A DNA stretch of 64,000 nucleotides. Origin: Flavobacteriales bacterium (GTDB taxonomy: Bacteria > Bacteroidota > Bacteroidia > Flavobacteriales_F > PHOS-HE28). The notes under the pieces are model-generated. The model saw only the letters and a program-made list of their open reading frames with translations, searched no databases and was not told the origin of the DNA. Where the stretch lies: contig JBDTNF010000188.1 in NCBI GenBank assembly GCA_039933875.1, forward strand, positions 53 to 64,052, in the 5' to 3' direction. The translations under genes were made by a program, and so were the position numbers. This document shows positions 54,974 to 64,000 of this stretch, in pieces (the first letter of the stretch is position 1; each line of letters opens with the position of its first letter).

Positions 54974-57325
54974 TTGCACAGCCTTCCCATGTCCGCTCTC
55001 CGCTCTCTTCCCAGCACAGCGCCTACCACCAGGATCTGGTCCGCCATCCTGACGGTCGCCATGATCGCCTTCCTCTACGCGTTCTACGCGCCGGTGTTCA
55101 AGTGGCCGAACAGTATGCTCTTCAGCGGAGAGGGCGATGGCCTGAAGAATTACTTCACGTATGTGTGGCATGTGGACCATGATGCTGCCCCACTCCACTT
55201 CGGCGGGTCGAATTATCCCTACGGCGATCATGTGTTCTTCACAGATGGACATCCGCTGCTGAGCTGGGTTTTGCGGAGCCTCCCCTTCCTCGCCCCGTTC
55301 AAGATCGCCATCGTGAACATGAGCCTTGTGTTCGGACTGGTCTTGTGCGCCTGGTGCCTGTTCGCGATCCTGCACCGATCAGGTGTCCCTCCATGGGCGG
55401 CGGCGCTTGGTGCCTTCGGACTCACCGTTCTGGAGCCGCAGATCTTCCGCATGAGCGGACATCTGGCCCTGGCCCATTGCTGGATATTCCCGCTCACGTG
55501 GTACCTGCTCCTGCGCACCAGGGACGGCACACGCCGCTGGCTCTGGGCGGGCCTTTCCGGTGCATCGGTATTGGTCGCTTTCCTCATCCATCCCTACCTG
55601 GGAATGATGAACGCGATGTTCGTCGTTGGATACTACGCGTGGCTGCTGTTCTCGCGCTGGCGTGCGAACTGGAAGCAATGGACAACCTACGCTGAGCCAC
55701 TGCTCATCGCCGTGCTGCCCATGGTGCTGTTCATGCTATTGCTCACCAGCAGTGACGCTGCCCTGGACCGTCCGGACAAACCCTACATGGCAGCGGCCTA
55801 TGTCACGCATCCGTTCAGCCTGCTCGTAGCCACACACCCACCTTTGAGCGTCGTGTTCTTCAAGTTCTTCCGTTACGAGAAGCTGGACTGGGAGACGTGG
55901 TGTTACCTCGGTTCTGCTTCGGTGCTCATGCTCGTGATCGTTGCCGGAGTTCAGGTCAAGCGATGGGCGGTGCGCTCCGATGAACGCGGTGCACATGACG
56001 ATCTGGACATCTCGCTCGGAGCAGCGTTTTTGGTGTTGCTCTTCGCCATGAACATGTGGCAGGATCTTTTCGGGAAGTGGTTCCCTATGCTCGCGCAGTT
56101 CCGTGCCACGGGTCGGTTCGCATGGGCCTTCTACTACGTCTGCGGAGTGTTCAGCACGGTGCGGGCCTACCAGTACCTCTACCTGCGCGGAACGGCACGA
56201 CGCGCGATCGCTGCGGTCGTGTTCATAACGCTCATCGGCTTGTACACCGTCGAGGGATGGGACCAGCACCTGAGAATGTCCGCAGCGATAGTGAACACGC
56301 CGAATTTGTTCGAGCCGCACACCGGGGAGGAGGACTTCGCGGCACTCGTCTCAGCGACCATCGCATCGGAAGCCAACGCGATCATCCCACTCCCTTATGT
56401 GCACGTGGGCTCGGACCGGTACCAAAAAGACGGAACGGAGAAACTCCTTGCGCTGGCCTACCCGCTCGCTTTTCGAACCAACACACCCTTGATGGCCGGG
56501 GCCACCATCCGCACTTCCTTGCAACGGACACGCGCCCTTATGGCGCTGCTCACACCCCTGACCTTCCCGAAGACGGTGGCCCAGGATGTTCCCGCTGACG
56601 CGCGCTTTCTTCTTCTTTGGAGCAAGGAGGCATTGGAACCGGAAGAGGAGCGGCTTTGGCAGCGCGGAACACCAGTTTTCGAGAATGGTATCGCAGCCCT
56701 GCGCATCATCAGCGCCAGTGACCTGTTCGCCTGCGATCAAGAGGCTCGCTCAAAACAGTTCGAAATGCAGCGCACCTCGATGGTCAAGCGCGATGGTTGG
56801 CTGTTCTCCTTGAGCGACACGACCGTCAGCCGGATACTTCTGGATCGTGCGTGGTCACCTGGCGAGGCTGCGGGCCGCGCGAGCAGCCTGCCGGAGTACA
56901 ACACATTGTTCGAGCTGGCGCCCGGATCACTCGATAGCGCATTGACCTACGAGGCCAGCTTCATCTACCATGCTGTTGGCACTGACGCCCTGAACATCTC
57001 CCTGATCCTGGAGAACAGTCTTGGTGATGGGAGCGATACGCAATGGGAGGTTGTTCGCAATCTGCGCACGCTACCCATGCAGTTCGAGGACCGCACCATT
57101 GCAACGGTCACATTCAAGCCCGCACATCCTGATCGACGGTACAAGCTCTACTTGCATGGGTACAATGAGCTCAAGGACCCCTACGAGGTCGATCACCTCT
57201 TGCTTCGGCCACTGGGCGTGGATGCCTGGCGCGAGGGTCAATGGAACGGGATGCCGTCGGTCTTCTTCAACAACATCCCACTGAGCCCGGCGGCCTATGC
57301 TGCGCCCGCTCCGACGGTGAAGTGA
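54974..57325 (+). CDS. large polytopic membrane protein with C-terminal soluble domain (GT-C/YfhO-like glycosyltransferase candidate)
   Basis: A 783-aa protein with more than ten hydrophobic helices in its first 430 aa. Confidence 0.45.
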   Translation: MHSLPMSALRSLPSTAPTTRIWSAILTVAMIAFLYAFYAPVFKWPNSMLFSGEGDGLKNYFTYVWHVDHDAAPLHFGGSNYPYGDHVFFTDGHPLLSWVLRSLPFLAPFKIAIVNMSLVFGLVLCAWCLFAILHRSGVPPWAAALGAFGLTVLEPQIFRMSGHLALAHCWIFPLTWYLLLRTRDGTRRWLWAGLSGASVLVAFLIHPYLGMMNAMFVVGYYAWLLFSRWRANWKQWTTYAEPLLIAVLPMVLFMLLLTSSDAALDRPDKPYMAAAYVTHPFSLLVATHPPLSVVFFKFFRYEKLDWETWCYLGSASVLMLVIVAGVQVKRWAVRSDERGAHDDLDISLGAAFLVLLFAMNMWQDLFGKWFPMLAQFRATGRFAWAFYYVCGVFSTVRAYQYLYLRGTARRAIAAVVFITLIGLYTVEGWDQHLRMSAAIVNTPNLFEPHTGEEDFAALVSATIASEANAIIPLPYVHVGSDRYQKDGTEKLLALAYPLAFRTNTPLMAGATIRTSLQRTRALMALLTPLTFPKTVAQDVPADARFLLLWSKEALEPEEERLWQRGTPVFENGIAALRIISASDLFACDQEARSKQFEMQRTSMVKRDGWLFSLSDTTVSRILLDRAWSPGEAAGRASSLPEYNTLFELAPGSLDSALTYEASFIYHAVGTDALNISLILENSLGDGSDTQWEVVRNLRTLPMQFEDRTIATVTFKPAHPDRRYKLYLHGYNELKDPYEVDHLLLRPLGVDAWREGQWNGMPSVFFNNIPLSPAAYAAPAPTVK

Positions 57326-57346
57326 ACATCACCCCGCACCGGACGT

Positions 57347-59224
57347 TCACCTCACACGAAGCACACGTGTGGTCTCGACACGGAAGTCCGAGAGCCTGAA
57401 GCCCAGGCCCGAACGGTTCCACATGTAAAGTGTGCTGCGCATGCCGATGTCCCGACCTGGCAGGCGATAGTGGATGCTGAAGCCGCCATTGGTCACCGAC
57501 CGCGACCAATAGATCGATCGGCCCGCTGAGTTCTCCTCGGTGAACACCAGTTCCGCATTGTTGCCGACATCCCCGTTCCATTCCAGTGTGCCCTTCACCA
57601 CCAGGTCAACATAAAGGAGGTCGGGGTCGTCGAATCGCGGCAGTGTGATCTCGATCGGGAATTCTCCTCCCTCGAAACACTCCGAGGCACTGCCACCGGA
57701 ACACGGAATGGTATCGAACCGATGCGGCGATCCCAGCGCCAACCGGGTCTCGGATGAAACCAGGGTCTCCCGCTCCTCCTTTCGCTGCCCATTGCGACGA
57801 GCAAAGAGGTAAACCTCGAACGGATGCCCACCCAGCACGGTAAGCTGCTCGTTCGGGACCATCATCTTCACGAGTTCCAATTCGGGGTCCGTCAGAACAC
57901 GATCGAGTGGAACGCCTCTTTCGTTCGGTCCGAAATGCGCATCCCAAACCAGCAGGTCGCTGGGGCCGAGGCCAAGCCCGGGGTATTTCGTCTCGTGGCC
58001 GAACGCCGGGCGGACCTTAAGCGTGTCATACGGATCGAGTTCAGCGTAGTAGCCGATCTCAGGGTGGTAGAACGTAACACGGCTGTATTGATCCTTGACC
58101 TTCCCCACATATTCCCCCACGCTCCTTACAAAGTGATCGTAGTCGTTGGGTACCACGGGCAATGGCTGCTGCGCCATGAAAGAGGTGATGGCCCAGTGGA
58201 AATACAACCCTCCTCCGATCACCGATGCAAGTAACCGCCCGACACGGGTGACCAGCAGCACGGGCGCCAGGCGCAGTAAGGGCCACATCGTGCACAGCAC
58301 GACCAACGGAGCCGTGGTCGCCATCACCCTAGCCAAGCCAAGGGATCCTTTCCACCCGTTCCACCACAGTATCGAATGGACAAGAAGGACCGCCAGTGAT
58401 GGCAACACGGCCACGACAAGGAGTCGCACCAACACGGAGCGCACGTCACGTTGCTTCACCCATAACACACCGGCCGCCACCAAGGCGATCCCGAAGGCCC
58501 ACACCAGCGGCGCTCCATAGATGTTCTGGAGGCGATCGACGAAGTAGAGGAAGGGGCCATGGCCGTATATGTCCTGGGCCCCGCTGTATGGATCGTTATG
58601 GAACGCCCATAGCGCATCACCAAGCGCGATGGCACCGATGACCCCATACACTACATGCCCCACAGCCGCGAACGGCAACGCTCGCCACTGCCTCTTCCAC
58701 ACCACCCATCCGATCACGAACGGAGCGAAGGCGATGTACTCCGGCCGCGCGAACGGCATGAACGAGACGATGATCATCGCCAGCACATAGCGCTCCTCGA
58801 ACAGAGCGCGCACCACCAGCATCACGAGCATCGCGAAGAAGACCTCCGTCATGCCCGCCAGTACCATGGTGCCATAGACCGGTACGAGGAGGAGCGCCGG
58901 GGCGAAGAACCACCGCGCCATCCGCCCGGCACGGCGCAGCAGGCCATCCGCCGCCCAGCAGGTGACCACGAAACAAAGCGCGTTGAAAAGGGTCATGCCC
59001 CAATGGCCCAACTGTGCGAACGGCGAAGCGCAAAGCGTGAAGAGCGGCTTGCCCCAGTGGTGCAGGAAGAGTTCCGGATGCCGCCATGCATAGTGCGCGA
59101 TCTGGTAGTGCTGCACACCGTCGCCCCCTTCGAGAATGCCTGCTGAGAGCAGACGTACGATCACGGAAGCCGCAGCCCAGACCACCCACCAAGCGGTCGG
59201 CGCGGGAGCGTTCCGTGCGTTCAT
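57347..59224 (-). CDS. polytopic membrane protein, GT-C (ArnT/PMT-like) glycosyltransferase candidate
   Basis: It has a multi-TM N-terminal half and a C-terminal periplasmic domain. The start is MNARNAPAP.... Confidence 0.45.
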   Translation of the reverse strand: MNARNAPAPTAWWVVWAAASVIVRLLSAGILEGGDGVQHYQIAHYAWRHPELFLHHWGKPLFTLCASPFAQLGHWGMTLFNALCFVVTCWAADGLLRRAGRMARWFFAPALLLVPVYGTMVLAGMTEVFFAMLVMLVVRALFEERYVLAMIIVSFMPFARPEYIAFAPFVIGWVVWKRQWRALPFAAVGHVVYGVIGAIALGDALWAFHNDPYSGAQDIYGHGPFLYFVDRLQNIYGAPLVWAFGIALVAAGVLWVKQRDVRSVLVRLLVVAVLPSLAVLLVHSILWWNGWKGSLGLARVMATTAPLVVLCTMWPLLRLAPVLLVTRVGRLLASVIGGGLYFHWAITSFMAQQPLPVVPNDYDHFVRSVGEYVGKVKDQYSRVTFYHPEIGYYAELDPYDTLKVRPAFGHETKYPGLGLGPSDLLVWDAHFGPNERGVPLDRVLTDPELELVKMMVPNEQLTVLGGHPFEVYLFARRNGQRKEERETLVSSETRLALGSPHRFDTIPCSGGSASECFEGGEFPIEITLPRFDDPDLLYVDLVVKGTLEWNGDVGNNAELVFTEENSAGRSIYWSRSVTNGGFSIHYRLPGRDIGMRSTLYMWNRSGLGFRLSDFRVETTRVLRVR

Positions 59225-59278
59225 GATCCGCCAAAGATGGCGTTCTTCGCGTTGCACTTTCCTTCGACAGCCACCCCG

Positions 59279-60556
59279 ATGACCAGCCTGAACCACGCAC
59301 GCCCGGTGGCCTGGAGAATGGGCGTATTCCTTTTCCTCGTCGCACTGGTCCTGACCTGGCGGGCGAACGCCCTACGGATGGACAATGTGCTCACGCAGAA
59401 GAACGATCAATTGGGGTATTACGAATACCTCCCCGCGCTCGTGGTGCCTCAGGATTGGGCGGACCTGCCTTATGCGATCAGCCTGGGCTTTCATCGGACA
59501 GTGGATATTTTCACCTCGGGCGTCGCGCTGTTGCAGGCCCCCTTTTTCGGACTGGCCTGTGCGGTCGCCAAGATCTCGGGGCAACCGGTGGATGGCTATT
59601 CGCCGCCGTTCATATTCGCACGATTCGCGGCTTCTGCTTTCTACATGGCCGCGGCATCTGTACTGCTCTTCCTCGGACTTCGGCGCAACCATCCTTCGCG
59701 TGTCGCGGTGCTCGTGCCGCTGATCCTGTTCGGCGCCACGAACCTCTATTTCTACACCCTTTTCGACCCCGGCATGTCGCATGTCTATGCCTATGCCCTT
59801 TTCGCCTGGATGTACTACCTCACTGTGCGGATGGTGGAGAAACCCCGCAGCGACCGGTTGGTCGGTCTGCTCGTCGTTGCGGCGTGGATCATCCTGGTGC
59901 GCCCACTCAATGTGCTCGTTCTCTTATTCCCTTTGCTATACGGGGCTGGACCGAAAGAGGCCATACGGCAGCGCATCAGCTGGGTCGTGCGGTATCCATG
60001 GGCGACGTTGGCAGGCCTCGCATTGGCAATGTGCGTCTGGCTTCCCCAATTGCTCTATTGGAAGCACAGCACAGGATCCTGGCTTGTCTTCACCTATGGC
60101 CTGGACGGTCAGGGGTTCGATTGGCTGCACCCCCACCTGCTGGACGTTCTTGTGAGCCACCAGAACGGTTGGTTCGTCTACACCCCCCTGATGGCGCTGG
60201 TCATGGGCACGCTTCTCTGGGGCGCCTTGCGTAACAGGCCCGGCGCGCGTCTAATCCTTGCCATCTGGACGCTGGTCTGGTATTCGTACGCGAGTTGGTG
60301 GTGCTGGTGGCTGGGGGGCGGTTTCGGGTTCCGGGGCTTCGTGGAATATTATGCGCTACTTGCCCTGCCACTGGCTTGGATACTGCAGCGGTTGATCCAG
60401 CAACGTCGCGCGGTGCAGGAAGTGGCGTTCATCGGCATCGCTTTGCTGATCTTCCTGAACATGCGCATCAGCCAGATCTATCAGTGGCCTTGGGAAGGCC
60501 CGACGTGGAACTGGGACAGTGTTGGTGATGCCTGGGTCAGGGCCCTGTTCGGCTGA
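59279..60556 (+). CDS. polytopic membrane protein, paralogue family A of the glycosylation cluster
   Basis: WWCWWLGGGFGFRGFVEYYALLALPL parallels WWQWYFGCSYGMRPMVQYTPFLAMGL in the 62858-63985 protein. Confidence 0.45.
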   Translation: MTSLNHARPVAWRMGVFLFLVALVLTWRANALRMDNVLTQKNDQLGYYEYLPALVVPQDWADLPYAISLGFHRTVDIFTSGVALLQAPFFGLACAVAKISGQPVDGYSPPFIFARFAASAFYMAAASVLLFLGLRRNHPSRVAVLVPLILFGATNLYFYTLFDPGMSHVYAYALFAWMYYLTVRMVEKPRSDRLVGLLVVAAWIILVRPLNVLVLLFPLLYGAGPKEAIRQRISWVVRYPWATLAGLALAMCVWLPQLLYWKHSTGSWLVFTYGLDGQGFDWLHPHLLDVLVSHQNGWFVYTPLMALVMGTLLWGALRNRPGARLILAIWTLVWYSYASWWCWWLGGGFGFRGFVEYYALLALPLAWILQRLIQQRRAVQEVAFIGIALLIFLNMRISQIYQWPWEGPTWNWDSVGDAWVRALFG

Positions 60557-60572
60557 TCCCTGCTCCGGAAGG

Positions 60573-61298
60573 TCAGCCGAGGCCGTATTTCACGATGCAC
60601 CAGATCGCGCGGAAGCCGTCCTTCCAGCCGATCTTCTTGCCCTCGGCATACGTGCGGCCGTAGTAGCTGATGCCCACCTCGTAGATGCGGACGCCTTTCA
60701 CGCGCGCCAGTTTCGCGGTCACCTCCGGTTCAAAGCCGAAGCGCTTCTCTTGCAAGTTCAGCCCCTTGGCGATGTCGCTGCGCATCAACTTGTAGCACGT
60801 CTCCATGTCGGTCAGGTTCAAATTGTTGAACATGTTGGAGAGGGTGGTGAGCGTCTTGTTGCCGATACTATGCCAGAAGAATAGGATGCGGTGCGGATGA
60901 TGGCCCATGAAACGAGAACCGAAAACAACATCCGCGAAACCCTCCACCACCGGACGCAACAGCTCATTGTACTCCCGCGGATCGTATTCCAAATCGGCGT
61001 CCTGCACGATCAGGTATTCACCGGTGGCCAACGCGATGCCGGTGTGGATCGCGGCGCCTTTGCCCATGTTGCGCGGCTGATCGTGCAGGCGGATCGCCAT
61101 GGCCGGGTTCGTGGCCATGTAGCGCTTGATGGCGTCCGTTGTGCCATCGCTCGACCCGTCGTTCACCAGGATCACCTCCTTCTGGATACCCTGTTGCAAC
61201 CCCACATCGCGCACCTTGTCCAGGATCAGGTGGATCGTGCGCTCCTCGTTGTAAGCGGGGATGATGATGGAGAGGGTGCGGAAGGGGGCGGAGGTCAT
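60573..61298 (-). CDS. family 2 glycosyltransferase, polyprenol-phosphate sugar synthase (Dpm1/ArnC-like)
   Basis: [13 protein letters not shown]...VNDGSSDGT...[11 protein letters not shown]... is the classic GT2 DxD/ED pattern. The protein is 241 aa. Confidence 0.8.
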   Translation of the reverse strand: MTSAPFRTLSIIIPAYNEERTIHLILDKVRDVGLQQGIQKEVILVNDGSSDGTTDAIKRYMATNPAMAIRLHDQPRNMGKGAAIHTGIALATGEYLIVQDADLEYDPREYNELLRPVVEGFADVVFGSRFMGHHPHRILFFWHSIGNKTLTTLSNMFNNLNLTDMETCYKLMRSDIAKGLNLQEKRFGFEPEVTAKLARVKGVRIYEVGISYYGRTYAEGKKIGWKDGFRAIWCIVKYGLG

Positions 61299-61322
61299 GG
61301 GTGGTGAACGGATGATCGGTGA

Positions 61323-62729
61323 TCAATGCTTGTCCATTTCCGGCTTCAGCTTGAAGTAGTTCGCCCACGAAGAGATGTTCACCAGTAGCAGAAAGGCCGT
61401 CATCGGCAGCAACCACATGACACGCGATTGCAAGCGGGGATCGACGGCTGCAAGTCCGGATGTGACCGCAGCGTTCAGAACGACCCAGCCGATGACCCAA
61501 AGGGTGAGCGATCGGAGAAGGGGAAATTCCTGAGCCTCTGTGGATCGCCATTGCAAGGCAAGCACCACCAACGACACGATCAAGGCGATGGCTTCCCTGC
61601 GGTTCGCCGCGTCGCGTTGTTCCCAATAGCCGCCCCACCACTGCTGTCGCGACTTGTCATAGGTATGCCTCTCCTCCGGGATCCTCCGAACCAGATTGTA
61701 CCGTGGCGACGAGCCTTCACCATAGGGGATGAGGCCCGTTCCGCCTTCCCATTGGAAAAGTTGTGTGACCGTTGAAACGAGGATGGAGCGTGCGTATCGC
61801 GCGAGGTATTCCGGCTTGCTCAAGATATCCTTCACCACCGGTGCCAACAGCGAATCCGCCTGGCCGATGGTCAAGTGTTCGGCGTTCACGAACTGATCCG
61901 AGGACCAGAGCAGATCCCCTGTGTCCTCCGGCATGTTCTCCCGGTAAGCGCAGAGCGGGTTGGGCCGCGTAGCGCAGTTGTTGTCCAGGTAGTCCGCCAT
62001 GATACCGGGCTCACACAAGCGACCCGCCAGGAACACATTGCCAGCGAGCGATAACCGCAACCTGCCATAGGCTGAATAATTGAAGAGCATGACCATCAGG
62101 GCCGCGCCGGCCAGGATACCCATTGCTCCCGCCCATTTCCACGAGAACCGGCCCCGCCACCCGGTCTTCCCGCCGCGCAGGTGCCGCAGGCCCACAGCGA
62201 CCAAGAGGATGCCGACCATCGGGAAATGCGCATTGTGGGTGGCCAGGAAAAAGAAAAGGAGCACCCACAAGACGCCTTCGCGCCAGGGCCCGAGACGCGT
62301 CGCTTTGAAAAGCAGGAAGAGAATGATCAGCACCAAGGGTGTGTAGTGGTCCGCCATCAACTGCGCCGCATACCAGGGCAGGCTTGAGAACAGCGCGAGA
62401 AAGGCGAGCAGCAACAGGTGCACATGCACCCATCGGCGTTCATCGCCAACGAGCTCCCGTACCATCAGCATCAGCAACCAGCTGACCACAATGCCTTGGA
62501 ACACCACCACCGTCCACATCGTGCTTTGCCATGTGAGCGCGCGGATGATCAACCCATAACCGATGGGCCGGTCATGGTATGGCACCAGGGTAAAGGAATT
62601 GTCCATGTACGCACCCGAATCCGAGTAGACGAGCGGGTAGTGGTTGACGAAGGCCAGCCCGCTGATGAGCACGCCGGTGACCAGATAGTACAGCAGTGCC
62701 TTGGGCAGGTGGTTCCTGGTTCTCATCAC
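61323..62729 (-). CDS. polytopic membrane protein (glycosylation cluster member)
   Basis: A 468-aa protein with many TM helices. Confidence 0.45.
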   Translation of the reverse strand: MMRTRNHLPKALLYYLVTGVLISGLAFVNHYPLVYSDSGAYMDNSFTLVPYHDRPIGYGLIIRALTWQSTMWTVVVFQGIVVSWLLMLMVRELVGDERRWVHVHLLLLAFLALFSSLPWYAAQLMADHYTPLVLIILFLLFKATRLGPWREGVLWVLLFFFLATHNAHFPMVGILLVAVGLRHLRGGKTGWRGRFSWKWAGAMGILAGAALMVMLFNYSAYGRLRLSLAGNVFLAGRLCEPGIMADYLDNNCATRPNPLCAYRENMPEDTGDLLWSSDQFVNAEHLTIGQADSLLAPVVKDILSKPEYLARYARSILVSTVTQLFQWEGGTGLIPYGEGSSPRYNLVRRIPEERHTYDKSRQQWWGGYWEQRDAANRREAIALIVSLVVLALQWRSTEAQEFPLLRSLTLWVIGWVVLNAAVTSGLAAVDPRLQSRVMWLLPMTAFLLLVNISSWANYFKLKPEMDKH

Positions 62730-62857
62730 CCGTTCAACTGATCATCTCCGAAACATCGCCTCTCCCACCGGGCGCAGCCGTGCATTCTGATCGCGCGGGT
62801 CGTCTCCGGGGTCGGCGCACGCTGGCGGCGGAAAGGATCGCCAAGATAGCCCGTGCC

Positions 62858-63985
62858 CTAAAAGGCCACCTTGCCGAAGAAGGCTTCCAGGATGTTGCGG
62901 CCGTAAGGGATCCAATCCCATGCCTCCCCATCGTAGCAGCATCCGTACTGCAACATCGCGCGGTAGTTCACAAAGCACAGCAGGACCAGCAGTGGAACCG
63001 CGCCATGGAGCCACATGGGGACACGTGCGCGGGCCCAACTGAACAATGCCCACAAGCCCATGGCCAGGAATGGCGTGTACTGCACCATGGGCCGCATGCC
63101 GTAGCTGCAACCGAAATACCATTGCCACCACGAGGCGATACTGTACAAGGCGACCAGCACTACTCCTCCGACCACCCATGTGGTCCGCTTGTCGTGCCGG
63201 GCCATGACAACCAGCCCGGGGACCAGAAGAGCGAACAACGGCGCGTGCGGGTTCAGTCCGTTCATCGGAGCGAGGAGCACTTCCTTCCAATGAGGGGAGG
63301 CCCACGCACTGAACCCTTCATCACCGTATGAATAGACCACCCAGCTGCCATGCACGAACTTCCAGTAGAACAGTTGGGGTAGAACGACCAGCGCGGCCGC
63401 AACGAACTGTTCCGCGTAAAGCCGCAGCGAACGGAAGAGCGCCGGTCGTTCGATGAGCAGCAGTAGCATCAATGCGAGAACGGCCATCGCATCGATCGGT
63501 CGTATGAGTACGATGAGGGCATTGGCGATCACAAAAACCCAACGCAGCCACCGTCGCATCGGACCACCGCGATCGGCGTAGATGGCATAAAGGCCAACCG
63601 CGACCAGGAAGAAGGAATAGATGTGCGAATAGCCAGCGGACCGGAACGCATAGTAGAACGTGTTGGTGCCGAACGCGATACCAACCAGGACCAGCAGCGC
63701 GATGCCGATGGTGGAGGGCCACCACCGGCGTAAGGCCAGGGCGATCAACAACAGGCCGGCTGTCCAATAGAATATCCCCGACACTTCAATGGCTTGGTGA
63801 TGTGTACGGGTCCATCCATCGGTGGCACCGAACCCCTCGATGGCCTCCGCCACCAGAAAGAAGGGCAGCTCCAACAGCGCCGTGCCATAGGTGTATTTGG
63901 TCACGATACGATCCCGCTCCCGATCAACCTCAAAGCCATATCCCCCAAGGGCAACGAGACTGTCGCTCACCGTGGCCGCATGCAT
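62858..63985 (-). CDS. polytopic membrane protein, paralogue of 59279-60556 (N-terminus probably incomplete)
   Basis: It shares a conserved C-terminal block with 59279-60556. Confidence 0.4.
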   Translation of the reverse strand: MHAATVSDSLVALGGYGFEVDRERDRIVTKYTYGTALLELPFFLVAEAIEGFGATDGWTRTHHQAIEVSGIFYWTAGLLLIALALRRWWPSTIGIALLVLVGIAFGTNTFYYAFRSAGYSHIYSFFLVAVGLYAIYADRGGPMRRWLRWVFVIANALIVLIRPIDAMAVLALMLLLLIERPALFRSLRLYAEQFVAAALVVLPQLFYWKFVHGSWVVYSYGDEGFSAWASPHWKEVLLAPMNGLNPHAPLFALLVPGLVVMARHDKRTTWVVGGVVLVALYSIASWWQWYFGCSYGMRPMVQYTPFLAMGLWALFSWARARVPMWLHGAVPLLVLLCFVNYRAMLQYGCCYDGEAWDWIPYGRNILEAFFGKVAF

Positions 63986-64000
63986 ACCGTGATGGAAGAG

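Noticed and set aside
1-64000. search for CRISPR arrays, tRNA/rRNA genes, integrases or transposases
   Set aside because: No regularly spaced direct repeats, no tRNA-like T-arm or acceptor signatures, and no recombinase motifs were recognised by eye. No such features are reported.

Overview
This is about 64 kb of high-GC chromosomal DNA. It most likely comes from a Bacteroidota-type organism, because many secreted proteins end in T9SS (Por) C-terminal sorting domains, genes are tightly packed, and there is little Shine-Dalgarno usage. No rRNA genes, tRNA genes or CRISPR arrays were seen.

The left ~8.5 kb looks like an accessory, defence/toxin-style island:
- a 5'-truncated McrC-like PD-(D/E)xK gene at 1-1259;
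- a lower-GC two-TM protein at 1265-2218;
- a frameshifted Tlde1/YkuD-like L,D-transpeptidase-fold gene at 2313-2725;
- a DUF2235 (Tle1-like) alpha/beta-hydrolase at 2820-3920;
- a tightly coupled three-gene operon on the minus strand at 4069-8290.

That operon is the strongest candidate for an undescribed system. It encodes a metacaspase/orthocaspase-like C14 protease (7430-8290), a 625-aa protein with a thermolysin-like HExxH...E zinc site (5525-7402), and a metallo-beta-lactamase-fold hydrolase (4069-5532). An identical 18-bp motif, GGGGGTATTTTACCCGGG, sits just upstream of both the caspase operon and the Tlde1-like gene.

The rest of the window is mostly core and housekeeping or envelope genes: pfpI, lpxD, uvrC, gpsA, lysS, lipB, a PGI/PMI isomerase, two aldehyde dehydrogenases, and an MBOAT/DltD-like pair. 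These are interleaved with T9SS cargo proteins, one followed by a putative PorP/SprF-like barrel. A glycosylation-type cluster of paralogous polytopic membrane proteins around a Dpm1-like GT2 occupies 54.9-64 kb.

Other notable items are a GxxExxY mini-gene flanked by 38-bp direct repeats, a REP-like hairpin family present at two sites directly after stop codons, an ATP-grasp ligase with a histone-like Lys/Pro tail next to a C45-like Ntn hydrolase, a DoxX-DinB-ATP-grasp operon, and a 550-bp non-coding convergent spacer with a perfect 13-bp hairpin.
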